Origin: a bacterium
GTDB taxonomy: Bacteria; Hinthialibacterota; Hinthialibacteria; Hinthialibacterales; Hinthialibacteraceae
Reading direction: 5' to 3'
Assembly (NCBI GenBank): GCA_963663405.2
Contig: CAXXSM010000142.1
Location: 61,759 to 125,758 of the forward strand
Length of the DNA stretch: 64,000 nucleotides
Made by a program: the position numbers and the translations under genes
Notes under the pieces: model-generated
The model's input: the letters and a program-made list of their open reading frames with translations, nothing else
What the model was told of the DNA's origin: nothing
The model's database searches: none
Shown: piece by piece, positions 1 through 9,468 of the stretch
How positions within the stretch are numbered: position 1 is the stretch's first letter
How the letters are laid out: each line of letters begins with the position of its first letter

Positions 1-496
1 CAGGAACATACAAGAGCAGCGCCAACTTTGATCCAACCGTCTCCCGGATCTCTTTCCGGATTGGAGAATCAAGTAGGATTTTTAATTCCTCATCGCTCGG
101 ATACGGCTCCCAATACTCCAGAAAAAAAGACCGCCGCTCCGACCTATTCCACCCCGCCAAAACCGTAACTGGAAACGAAGGAGGCGCCGATGGAATCCCA
201 TACTCCTTCCAATTCACATCCGGATCATCCGCGTCAACAGAAACAACTTCAATATTCAATCCCCCCTCAAAACTCTCAATCCATTCCTGCAAGCGTTCAA
301 CATCCTCAGAAGTTATAGTTCCCTTCCCCATTACAGCAAGCCGATGAATATCCCGTTCTTCATTGAACGCGGCGTCACGGACAGCGTAGCCTTCGCAAGC
401 GATGGCGTGAGTACAGAACATAGTATCAATACACAATACGCAACTAGCGACTAACAAAATTGAGATGAAATGAGAAACTAATTGTATATTATTCAT
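1..496 (-). CDS. Secreted hypothetical protein, runs off the window edge (partial)
   Basis: Not in the ORF track. ATG at 496 opens a stop-free frame to the edge: MNNIQLVSHFISILLVASCVLC...CEGYAVRDAAF...LLDSPIRKEI. Hydrophobic N-terminus; co-oriented with the PQQ-repeat gene. Confidence 0.75.
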   Translation of the reverse strand, partial: MNNIQLVSHFISILLVASCVLCIDTMFCTHAIACEGYAVRDAAFNEERDIHRLAVMGKGTITSEDVERLQEWIESFEGGLNIEVVSVDADDPDVNWKEYGIPSAPPSFPVTVLAGWNRSERRSFFLEYWEPYPSDEELKILLDSPIRKEIRETVGSKLALLLYVP

Positions 497-604
497 TTTA
501 GTTCTTATTAGGGCTTACTACATAAAATGATTGTAAGTAACAAGGGTAAGAATAAGTGTAAGCGCTGGAGCAGTAACTTATACTCCCATGCCTAATCCAC
601 AATT

Positions 605-3600
605 TCACTCTCCCATCAAACCAATCGGCGCACCACTAACTTCAGTCAAACGAATCCCAAATGCCCAAGCAGAGCCCTGCTGTGTAATCTTTAAAAGAAT
701 GTTGTTAACACCTTTCTTCGCCTGTACCTTCAACGTATCCTGATCGGGCATGTAAGTCCGTCCTCCATCAAACCGTCCCGCTTCCTTTCCGTTGAACCAG
801 CATTTAAAGCCATCGTTGCTGCCGATTTTGAGATAGATCTCTTTCGATTCGGGAAGATTCACTTCCGCGTAGGCGTAAACCGCCACTCCTTCGTAATCCC
901 CATAGATTCGGGCTAAATCCACTTTACCGGTGGGGTGATCCGTTATATAATCTTTCCATTTCAGTTCACGGCGATTGGGTTTGTATGTTTTCGATAAATT
1001 AACGAATGGTTCTTCGATTAACACTTTGTCGGTAGGATTGTTCTCATTCCAAGGAAACGGTCCAATCAGATTCCAATGAATCACAAATCCAGCTTCCTTA
1101 GCCTCTTTCCCTACTTCGTAACCTAATTTCTTCAGGTTCTGTATAATGCGCTCCCGGTCTTCTGGATCTTGATTGGAGCGGAACGCGTCTTTTAAAAACC
1201 GGATCGCCATGTTTTTATTTTCTTCGCTTCCATCCGCCATGCTGATAATTGAGTTCAAATACTCCTCCGCCGCTTTCCCATCTCCATAGCAAGCTAAGCG
1301 GCCTTCCTTCATCGCGGCAACAATCCGTCCATCACGATCGATCAGAAGACCGCCCACCAAAGCCTCAGAGGAAAGTTTATGTTTCCAAAGCACATCCCCA
1401 TCATCAGCCCCTAACGCGCTTATTTCCCAGCGTGGATAAAGGGAACGGAAGTTTGGCGCTTCATACACAGCGACAACCGCATTTGGAGTCATTGCCAGAG
1501 ACAGCGTATCCGTATTTTGTAAAGCGTCCGCGTTCCAAATGGTGTTAGGTTGTTTATTCGATCCCCCTTTCAAATGATCGAGAACCGTTTTCGCTTTACA
1601 CACCGCTGGAACCGTTTTACGTCCATTTACAAAGGCGAACATCCGGTCATTCCAAGCGGGAGGGATTTTCCCAGAATTCAATGTCTTGCCGCCTCCAATA
1701 CCGGAACCCGCTTGCGCCTGGTACGCCGTGAAGACACCCGGATTAACCACGTTCGTTCCAGCGGAATACCGCAGACGGCCGCCGGTAATGATATAATCCT
1801 CACCCAAGACACCGATTTCTTCTCCCCGGTTGGTTTGAGGAGAACCGTCTTTTGGATACAATCCCGCATAGGCCCCGGTTTTGATATCATAGGCGGCGGG
1901 AGAAACCACGTTCCCTCCAGGCATCCAAAGATAATTGTTCGCGATTGCAAGAACCCCTTGAGCGGATACTCCTTTGCGCAATTCTGGATTGAGATGTCCC
2001 GACGAATTATTTTGCCAGATCACCTTTCCACTCTCCGCATCCAGCGCATACACATAGGTCCCGTCATAGTCAATAATCCCCGCCGCCGCGTATGCGATCC
2101 CATCCTGCACAACCACACCGCTATGAACGGGCCATGTGGAACTAATCGAACCATAAACAGGAATCCGCCGTTCAACCGGCGCAGCCCGGAACCGCCATAG
2201 AAGACGGCCCGTCGCCGCTTCCAGCGCGTATACATACCCGTCTCCCGATCCCACATAGGCGCGTCCTTTCCAAATCGAAGGTGGCTGTTGGATCGGTCCC
2301 GCGGTCCGGTAGGTCCATTTCGGCTGCCCCGTCACCGCGTCGATGGCGCGTACTTTACCGTCATCTCCCGCCAAGAAGATCAATCCCCCAGCGGCCACGG
2401 GGGGAGCCGGTGTAAAAGCATAAGAGGGATTGAATTCCCAAATCCTGCTCGTGGATTCAGGCGCTCGAACAGATGTGCTTGCGGTCCGGTTGTTATTCCC
2501 CCGATAAGTAAACCAATCCTTATCTGTGATCGAAAACGCGGATGCGATGGAAAGCTCCCCCTGACCCCGTTCCAGCCGTTCCGATACATTCACTTCACGC
2601 TCGAATTGAAAATCCCCCGCTGAACACAACGCGATCCGCCCCATCAAAGACAGATTGCAGTCACACGCCCAGGGTCCTAGATACAAAAGGCCGTTCGTTC
2701 CAATCACCCCGTCGTTACAGGATGGGCGGAACGCGCCATTGAACATAATCGATCCATCCTCCCGATCGTATCGCGTCAAACCTTCGATCCAACCACGGCA
2801 GAAGAATGAATCCGGCGTGGCGGTCAAACGGGCGCAGGATCGTTTCTTGAATTGAAGGTCTTTAACGATCTCACCCGTCATTGGATCAATCACCATCGTG
2901 TTGCCATCTGGACCTATGCCGCACAGCAGCTGGCCATCAATATAAATCATATTCGGATTGTTCGTTGTCTTGCGATGGCTCCAAAGCAGGCTTCCATCCT
3001 CCAGCGAAACGCCAACAATATTCATACGCGTCTGCGCTTCAAAGAACAGCGCTCTTGGCGTATAAAGGCAGAAGCAGGTTGTACGGAATCCAGGCGTTGA
3101 TCCCAACCCTTGCCCCGGTTCTTCAATCAACCGGCGCAGTTCTGGATCATCATTCATCCATTGAACATGACCCGTTTGCGCGTCCAAACATGCTGCGTGT
3201 GAATCCGGTCCATAGAAGTAGAGTTTCCCGTCGCCTAACGCCATTGCGCGCGAATCGATATCAGCGGCCTCTTCATGCGTCCAGAGCGTTTTCTCTTGTT
3301 TGAGATCATAGGCGGCGATGATTTGTCCAAAGCCCCAAGGCACGCGGGGTTGGTAATACCCTTTGCTTAATTCGCCCCAGCTCCAATGTGTGTATTCACT
3401 GCGGACCACTGTCGTTTCCGATGGATCTTTTTGTTTCCCGGCAAGCGCGTATAGGATACCATCCTGAATCGCCATCCATTTCCATTCACCGCGCGCCTCT
3501 GGAACCGTGATTCGGCCTCTCTCTTCCCCCGTCTTCGCATCGAGTAGAAGACAGCCGTTTCCATCCGTGTCAATCATGTAAAAGATTTTATCCGTAGCTA

Positions 3601-4492
3601 CATACGCGGATCGGTGAGCGAGATAGCCATCGGGGAGTTTGCGGTTCCAAAGAATTGTCCCATTAAACCCATTGCGCGCGATTAGTGTGTTTAACCAAGG
3701 CTCTTCCCGTTTGTGGTGGGCGATGTGTCCCATCGCGAGAAAGATACGTCCTCCAGCCGAGGTTGTCACAGCGGGCATGGCGATGTAATACGGTTCTCCC
3801 ATCCATTGCGTCATATAGGGCGCTTGGATCACGGTGTCAGTAGAGACGGGATTGTTGTCAGGCCGGTGTTCCCAATGCGTCCAATCGTCCGCGCCAGCAA
3901 GAGGCGGTTTTGTAATCATCACAAAAACACCATGATGATCTTCCCCAAGATCGTAGTCTCTCGCGCCGCCGTCTCGCAGCCATTGTTGAATCCGGTCAAC
4001 GCCTGGTCCATTGTTATCACCAGTCTGGAAACCAAGCACAGCTTTTCCCTGTGGACATAGCGCTCGCATGATTTCCACGGCTTTGATCTCATCAAGTGAC
4101 TTGGTGGTAAGGTGTGTCGAGAGAAGCAAGTCGATCGTACGATCCGCGTAAGGAAGCGGATTCAAATCCGCTTTCGCCACAGTGATATATTTTCCGTAAA
4201 GGCCGTCAACATCGAGAGCCACTTTCGTTTTTTCAACCTTATCCAAGCGGGAATCGAGAATTTGAACGAGAAAATCCTCCATCCGCGCGATTTCCAAAGC
4301 CAGATCCTTATCTTCTACACCAAGCACGGCAACAATACCCCTGTGCAGACCGGTTTCTTCAAGGATATGCTTCGCCACAAACGCCGCGTCATAACCAGCG
4401 TTTTCCATCGCGCTTCCTTCTAAGGGATACGCAATGAATATTCCACTAACAATAGCCAGAACGAGTGTTTTAAATCTTTGTGAAAATCTCAT
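605..4492 (-). CDS. Secreted PQQ-like beta-propeller repeat protein (BamB-like repeats) with an N-terminal SAM-methyltransferase-like domain and a C-terminal beta-sandwich
   Basis: Many 'ALDAxTGxxxW' repeats; LPYADRTIDLL...MRALCPQG MTase-like segment; C-terminal GSNDGFKCWFNG...KKGVNNILLK. Start moved to ATG 4492, which follows GGGAGG and gives a signal peptide. Confidence 0.85.
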   Translation of the reverse strand: MRFSQRFKTLVLAIVSGIFIAYPLEGSAMENAGYDAAFVAKHILEETGLHRGIVAVLGVEDKDLALEIARMEDFLVQILDSRLDKVEKTKVALDVDGLYGKYITVAKADLNPLPYADRTIDLLLSTHLTTKSLDEIKAVEIMRALCPQGKAVLGFQTGDNNGPGVDRIQQWLRDGGARDYDLGEDHHGVFVMITKPPLAGADDWTHWEHRPDNNPVSTDTVIQAPYMTQWMGEPYYIAMPAVTTSAGGRIFLAMGHIAHHKREEPWLNTLIARNGFNGTILWNRKLPDGYLAHRSAYVATDKIFYMIDTDGNGCLLLDAKTGEERGRITVPEARGEWKWMAIQDGILYALAGKQKDPSETTVVRSEYTHWSWGELSKGYYQPRVPWGFGQIIAAYDLKQEKTLWTHEEAADIDSRAMALGDGKLYFYGPDSHAACLDAQTGHVQWMNDDPELRRLIEEPGQGLGSTPGFRTTCFCLYTPRALFFEAQTRMNIVGVSLEDGSLLWSHRKTTNNPNMIYIDGQLLCGIGPDGNTMVIDPMTGEIVKDLQFKKRSCARLTATPDSFFCRGWIEGLTRYDREDGSIMFNGAFRPSCNDGVIGTNGLLYLGPWACDCNLSLMGRIALCSAGDFQFEREVNVSERLERGQGELSIASAFSITDKDWFTYRGNNNRTASTSVRAPESTSRIWEFNPSYAFTPAPPVAAGGLIFLAGDDGKVRAIDAVTGQPKWTYRTAGPIQQPPSIWKGRAYVGSGDGYVYALEAATGRLLWRFRAAPVERRIPVYGSISSTWPVHSGVVVQDGIAYAAAGIIDYDGTYVYALDAESGKVIWQNNSSGHLNPELRKGVSAQGVLAIANNYLWMPGGNVVSPAAYDIKTGAYAGLYPKDGSPQTNRGEEIGVLGEDYIITGGRLRYSAGTNVVNPGVFTAYQAQAGSGIGGGKTLNSGKIPPAWNDRMFAFVNGRKTVPAVCKAKTVLDHLKGGSNKQPNTIWNADALQNTDTLSLAMTPNAVVAVYEAPNFRSLYPRWEISALGADDGDVLWKHKLSSEALVGGLLIDRDGRIVAAMKEGRLACYGDGKAAEEYLNSIISMADGSEENKNMAIRFLKDAFRSNQDPEDRERIIQNLKKLGYEVGKEAKEAGFVIHWNLIGPFPWNENNPTDKVLIEEPFVNLSKTYKPNRRELKWKDYITDHPTGKVDLARIYGDYEGVAVYAYAEVNLPESKEIYLKIGSNDGFKCWFNGKEAGRFDGGRTYMPDQDTLKVQAKKGVNNILLKITQQGSAWAFGIRLTEVSGAPIGLMGE

Positions 4493-4689
4493 GGCTGCCT
4501 CCCGGATAATTCCATCGACTGAATTCATCATACTCCAATATAAAACAATTCACTCCACAATGCAATCATGCTCCCTCTTTTAGTTTCCGGTTAAAATCAA
4601 CCATAGGTTCTTGGAATGGAATTACTCACCTAGAAGTGAATCCGCTAGATCTGTAAAATAAAAAAATATCGTATGAAGAAAGGTTTGTT

Positions 4690-5289
4690 ATGTTATCCAA
4701 TCGGAAACGGAATACTAATGCGTTCACATTAATAGAATTACTAATCGTCGTAGCGATTATCGGCATCCTCGCCGCGATCGCCGTGCCCAATTTTCTAAAC
4801 GCTCAACTCCGTGCGAAAATTGCGCGAGTCCAATCGGATTTCAAGTCGATTTCAACCGCGCTTGAAACCTATCGGATTGATTACAATAGTTACCCCTATT
4901 TTGATGAGTGGGGATACGACGCCAGCTTTAGCCCAATTTATTACCGGCTAATCCCGTTAACGACACCGTCAAGTTACATGAGCACAATCGATTTGCAAGA
5001 TCCCTTCCTGAAAGTAATGCCGGCGGAAGGCTACGAAGATGAAGAAATCCGGCATTCTTATAACTACCGGTATTATAAAGCATTCAATCCGAATTACACA
5101 TTTGACGCCTGGGTTCTCAACAGCATGGGACCCGACTTGACGAAAAACAAAGGATTAATGACGGAACCATGGGCGCGGGGTATTTGGAGTAGTCCGGATC
5201 ACGCGATTTACGATTCTACGAATGGCATCGTAAGCGTTGGTGATATTCCTTACACGGGTGGAGATACAAAATATCGGGCTAATTTCTAA
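4690..5289 (+). CDS. Type II secretion/type IV pilin-like protein (prepilin N-methylation domain, GspG-like)
   Basis: AFTLIELLIVVAIIGILAAIAVPNF class III signal; C-terminal SMGPD...YDSTNGIVSVGDI. Confidence 0.9.
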   Translation: MLSNRKRNTNAFTLIELLIVVAIIGILAAIAVPNFLNAQLRAKIARVQSDFKSISTALETYRIDYNSYPYFDEWGYDASFSPIYYRLIPLTTPSSYMSTIDLQDPFLKVMPAEGYEDEEIRHSYNYRYYKAFNPNYTFDAWVLNSMGPDLTKNKGLMTEPWARGIWSSPDHAIYDSTNGIVSVGDIPYTGGDTKYRANF

Positions 5290-5424
5290 CAAACGACAAA
5301 CCGTGTGTCGTATATATATATATGCTGGATTCCCTCCCCATAGGAATTGGCGAAACATTGTTTCTCCGTTCTTGATTCAATCTCCCACACGATCATATGC
5401 AAACTGAACTAAGACTAAAAGGCG

Positions 5425-6018
5425 CTATGGGCCAGTCACGATAATATCACCAAAACTCATAAGGCCATTCGAAGAGGAATAGTTCACAAAGCGGATCACT
5501 TCGCCGGTTTGCACTCTCCAAATTTTGTCAGGCCCGATACATGCGAAAAGAAAGCGCAAGGCTTTTGACGCCTTTCGCTCTTCGATGAATGACGCCCAAT
5601 AACTATTTCTCCACCCGCTTTCAGGCGTATTCTGGACATACCAGTATGGCGCATTTTTCAGACCGGCAAAATACCGGCTGCCGCCAGAGTCATGCGCTTC
5701 CGGACTGATTCTGAAAACATCCGGAGGAATGCGTGAGATATAGGGAACAGGAGTTGTTAAGACGAGTGGAGAATAACCAAGGCTTTGACCGGGCCCCCGG
5801 CTATCTGTGGCGTCGAGGGGGAAATCATTATTGTCAATACTGTACATCATAGTAGCAGAGTGCAAACTTTTTAAATCCGATTGGGCGCGCGCAATTTTCG
5901 ATCGAATTTGCGCGTTTAGAAAATTCGGCACGGCAATCGCGGCGAGAATTCCAATAATCGCCACAACAATTAATAGTTCGATTAACGTAAATGCCAATCG
6001 CGGTTTCATCATTCTCAT
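5425..6018 (-). CDS. Type II secretion/type IV pilin-like protein (prepilin N-methylation domain)
   Basis: AFTLIELLIVVAIIGILAAIAVPNF; CIGPD...YSSSNGLMSFGDI. Confidence 0.9.
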   Translation of the reverse strand: MRMMKPRLAFTLIELLIVVAIIGILAAIAVPNFLNAQIRSKIARAQSDLKSLHSATMMYSIDNNDFPLDATDSRGPGQSLGYSPLVLTTPVPYISRIPPDVFRISPEAHDSGGSRYFAGLKNAPYWYVQNTPESGWRNSYWASFIEERKASKALRFLFACIGPDKIWRVQTGEVIRFVNYSSSNGLMSFGDIIVTGP

Positions 6019-6690
6019 TCCTTGTCAGAGATTATCTTAGCGGTCTCTTCTACTAAGAAAAGTTAAAAAAAGATAGAACGCTCTCTTTTATTTGGCTAGT
6101 CATTTTCTTTACAGTTTTCAAACTACACCAACTTTAGAAATTTGTTATTAGTTATCGATTAGATTATTGTTCACATCATCTAAAACCAAGAACATAAAGT
6201 AAAATGATCGCTCTTGTCTATTAAAAAATTTGAGGAGTTGTCCATCGAAGAACCTGTTTTATGAATTCAAGTTAGATATTATACTAGATAAATAATATGT
6301 AATCATTTAGCCGCCTGAAGAATTTTCAGTAATAAATTACACTAAGCGTTACTTTGAGGTGTACCCCATTGTCAAGACAGGAATCAAGGAAATTTAAAGT
6401 AGGTTTTCAACCTCGATTTCGTTCAACTCAAGTCTCCTTATTTGGGATCCGGAAATCATGATGATTCCAGATTCTCATAAAACTTTCCGATATTATACAC
6501 TACCAGGAGAAACGGAGATCGGTTCTGCTGTAGAGCAACCGGTCAAGGGATATCCTGGTGCGTGTGCGACGGATTGCCGTCAGGGAGACGTATCAGATCA
6601 TCCCCTTTTTTCGATCATTTCAAGATAATCCAGAGCATTTGCCAATGCCTTAAAAAACTCAAACGCAAAGTTCTTGGACCGTCAAGTTTT

Positions 6691-7449
6691 CTAGTGTTCT
6701 CTATAAACCTGAAGCGGCGTCTTATATCCCAAGGCTTGGTGTAGACGCTCATTATTGTAGAACTGAAAATAATCCGTTAGTCCGCGCACACAATCATTCA
6801 CCGTTTCGTAACTTTTGATATAGACCTCCTCATATTTCACTGACCGCCATAACCGTTCGACGAAAATATTATCGAACACTCGGCCTCTTCCATCCATGCT
6901 GATGAGAGTCCTCTCTTTCTTCAAGCGACTCGTAAAATCCGTGCTTGTGAATTGAGAGCCTTGGTCACTGTTGAAGATCGTTGGCTTATCAATTTCAAAA
7001 GCCATCTCCAACGCTTCGAGGCAAAAGTCAACCTCCATCGAAGTGGAGACTTTCCATGACACCACATAACGACTAAACCAGTCTAAGATCGCCACCAGGT
7101 AAACAAATCCTTGGCGCATACGTATATAGGTGATATCGGTGCTCCACACGTGATTGGGTCTTTCGATTTTCACTCCCTTCAACAGGTATGGATATTTCTT
7201 ATGCTGAACATTTCCGAGGCTCAAACGAGGCTTCGGGTAGATCGTCTCCAAGCCCATCACTCGCATTAAACGACCGATTCGTTTCTTATTCACAACCCGT
7301 CCTAGAGTTCTCAACCATTTCTGCATTTTCCGAATTCCGTAAAACGGTGTCCGGGTATATTGTTCATCAAGCAGGTTCATCAGCGCTACATTTTCGGCTG
7401 ATTCGCCCACGGGTTGATAATAAAATCCTGAACGAGACAACCCCAGCAA
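6691..7449 (-). CDS. IS3-family transposase OrfB (rve/DDE integrase core)
   Basis: WSTDITYI, IFNSDQGSQFTS, DNIFVERLWRSVKYE DDE motifs. The frame stays open upstream to the A9 tract near 7530. Confidence 0.95.
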   Translation of the reverse strand: MLGLSRSGFYYQPVGESAENVALMNLLDEQYTRTPFYGIRKMQKWLRTLGRVVNKKRIGRLMRVMGLETIYPKPRLSLGNVQHKKYPYLLKGVKIERPNHVWSTDITYIRMRQGFVYLVAILDWFSRYVVSWKVSTSMEVDFCLEALEMAFEIDKPTIFNSDQGSQFTSTDFTSRLKKERTLISMDGRGRVFDNIFVERLWRSVKYEEVYIKSYETVNDCVRGLTDYFQFYNNERLHQALGYKTPLQVYREH

Positions 7450-7510
7450 TTCACATTGCCTCTTTATTGAAATCTCAGAATTAGTTAGTTCGATCCAACT
7501 TCGTCTTTTC

Positions 7511-7810
7511 TTAACTGAGCACGTTAGACTTTTTTTTTACCCAATCAAGTTCGACTTTCATTTGCCCAATCTGGCGGTAAAGTTCCGACGTCAGTTCTTC
7601 GGCTTCCGCTTGACTCTTTTCTTGCTTGCGTGAAAACAAGCCTGGGATTTCTTCCAACAGGCGCTTTTTCCACTGTCGAATCTGGCTCACATGAATTTTG
7701 TAATCGCTCGCTATCTGGGTTAAGGTCTTCTCTCCTTTGATTGCCTCCAGTGCCACTTTGCCTTTGAACGCTCCATCAAAATTTTTTCGCATTTTCATCA
7801 TTTGGTTCAC
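7511..7810 (-). CDS. IS3-family transposase OrfA (HTH)
   Basis: FKGKVALEAIKGEKTLTQIASDYKIHVSQIRQWKK HTH; ends LYRQIGQMKVELDWVKKKS over an A9G tract. Confidence 0.92.
   Translation of the reverse strand: MNQMMKMRKNFDGAFKGKVALEAIKGEKTLTQIASDYKIHVSQIRQWKKRLLEEIPGLFSRKQEKSQAEAEELTSELYRQIGQMKVELDWVKKKSNVLS
7529..7538 (-). promoter_or_regulatory. A9G slippery/frameshift site joining IS3 orfA and orfB
   Basis: Minus strand reads GTAAAAAAAAAGTCT at the orfA/orfB overlap. Confidence 0.75.
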
Positions 7811-8032
7811 CTCTTCTACCTATTGTCGGCTTCGAGGTAACCTACCTTAGATGGCTGTCCGAATTTTGGGGTACAGTATACTTCTTGCTCCTATTCGAAG
7901 TTCAATAGGGTATGAAGAAAACAACAAATCCTCTTCCAGCAATTATACATGAGTTTCTCGATTCCTCCTAACTGTCGGAGAAATCGACGGTTCGTAGGCT
8001 TTTACAGGACGAACCAGAATTGGCCGCTCTCT

Positions 8033-8143
8033 GGATATCAGGGACCGATCGGACCATCTTTCAAAATATTGATTCTGCTGAGCTTCTTCGAGTATATTCT
8101 CTGAAGAGATTTGCCAAGAGCAACGATCCTCAAGCAGAAATTC
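8033..8143 (+). repeat. Dispersed degenerate repeat, copy 1 (possible IS-end remnant or MITE)
   Basis: GGATATCAGGGACCGATCGGACCATCTTTCAAAATATTGA...GATCCTCAAGCAGAAATTC matches 13467-13606. Confidence 0.7.
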
Positions 8144-8644
8144 GCAGGTCCCGCATTCTTTGTTTCTACGGTCTTGTGTTTTGGGCACAATTTTTAGCGG
8201 TCTCATTTAAAAATCCGAAAATAGAATTTCGAGAGAAGAATCTGTGCCGGTAACCGCGGTCCTATTCATGCTTAACAAGCACAGAAAGTCTGTAAGGACC
8301 TACCTATGTTGATCAATATTGTTTCCATTACCGTGTTTGATTTATCTTTTGAAAATGATCCTTCATTATGCAAAGATATATCATTACTAATTGGTACTCC
8401 GATGGTTTGACAACCGCGATATGTTCCGCCAACACCCACCATATATCGAAGAGCGTATCGGGATTCCTTTGAATGTATGGCTTCCGCAACGGGATCGTCA
8501 TTTGATGAAACTCGGTTACGTTTTTTTTATCTTAAATGTATAAGAACGCATTCCCGTATTAGTCAATAGAGATATTTTGTAATACAATCATGCCTGACTG
8601 CATTAATCAAGACGAATGCTATGATCCGGTAAAATGGCGCCGCA

Positions 8645-9466
8645 ATGGAGCGAAAGGTAATGGACAATCATAACACTTTTGAGGCTAAATCCAAACAATC
8701 GGGGAATGATCTTCTCATTCGAGTTCATAACTTCCACAAACAATATCGCGAGACAGTGGCGGTCGAGGATTTAAATTTCGAAGCGCATGCCGGAAACATT
8801 CTAGGTTTGGTCGGCCCCAACGGCGCGGGCAAAACAACGACATTGCGGGCAATCTGCGGAATCATCCCCCCAACCCTGGGTGAATTGTCGGTCGCCGGTT
8901 ACGACGTGCAGGAAGATCCCATTCCCGCCAAGCAGCTACTAGCCTACGTGCCCGATGATCCCAAATTATTTGATACGCTGACAATTTGGGAACACTTGAA
9001 ATTCATAGCGTCGGCCTATCGGGTTAATGATTACGAGACCAAGGCAGGCGAACTCCTTAGCGCGTTCGAATTGGAAGAGAAACGCGACACCATCGCGATG
9101 GAACTCTCACGCGGAATGAAACAGAAAATGGCGATCTGTTGCGCCTACTTGCATGAGCCGCGTGTGATTCTGTTCGACGAGCCTCTGACCGGTCTCGATC
9201 CACGTGGAATCCGAACGTTGAAAACGTCGATCGTCGAACGAGCGGAATCGGGATCGGCGGTTATTATTAGTTCGCATCTGCTCTCGTTGGTAGAAGATCT
9301 GTGTTCGCACTTATTGATTCTCCACAAAGGGAAACGGCTTTTCTTCGGCAGCGTCGATGACGCGCGGCGGGAATTCGACGCTATGGAAGGTGACGCCTCC
9401 CTGGAAGAAGTCTTCTTCCGGGCCACAGAAGGAAACAACGTGATGAACAATCGATCGGAGCAATAA
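8645..9466 (+). CDS. ABC transporter ATP-binding protein (ABC-2/CcmA-like exporter)
   Basis: Walker A GPNGAGKTT, signature LSRGMKQK, Walker B ILFDEP, H-loop SSH. Confidence 0.95.
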   Translation: MERKVMDNHNTFEAKSKQSGNDLLIRVHNFHKQYRETVAVEDLNFEAHAGNILGLVGPNGAGKTTTLRAICGIIPPTLGELSVAGYDVQEDPIPAKQLLAYVPDDPKLFDTLTIWEHLKFIASAYRVNDYETKAGELLSAFELEEKRDTIAMELSRGMKQKMAICCAYLHEPRVILFDEPLTGLDPRGIRTLKTSIVERAESGSAVIISSHLLSLVEDLCSHLLILHKGKRLFFGSVDDARREFDAMEGDASLEEVFFRATEGNNVMNNRSEQ

Positions 9467-9468
9467 CG

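Larger units (their letters stand above)
6355..7880 (-). mobile_element. Complete IS3-family insertion sequence (1526 bp)
   Basis: Imperfect terminal IRs: TGAGGTGTACCCCATTGTCAAGACAG from 6355, and the reverse complement TATACTGTACCCCAAAATTCGGACAG ending at 7880. 3-bp direct repeat CTT at 6352-6354 and 7881-7883. Encloses orfA and orfB. Confidence 0.9.

Noticed and set aside
5309-5322. Short (TA)n run between convergent pilin genes
   Set aside because: Too short and intergenic at 3' ends; no evidence of function.
7943-8253. 87-aa and 77-aa ORFs beside the IS
   Set aside because: They overlap the degenerate repeat on opposite strands and have no protein-like motifs.
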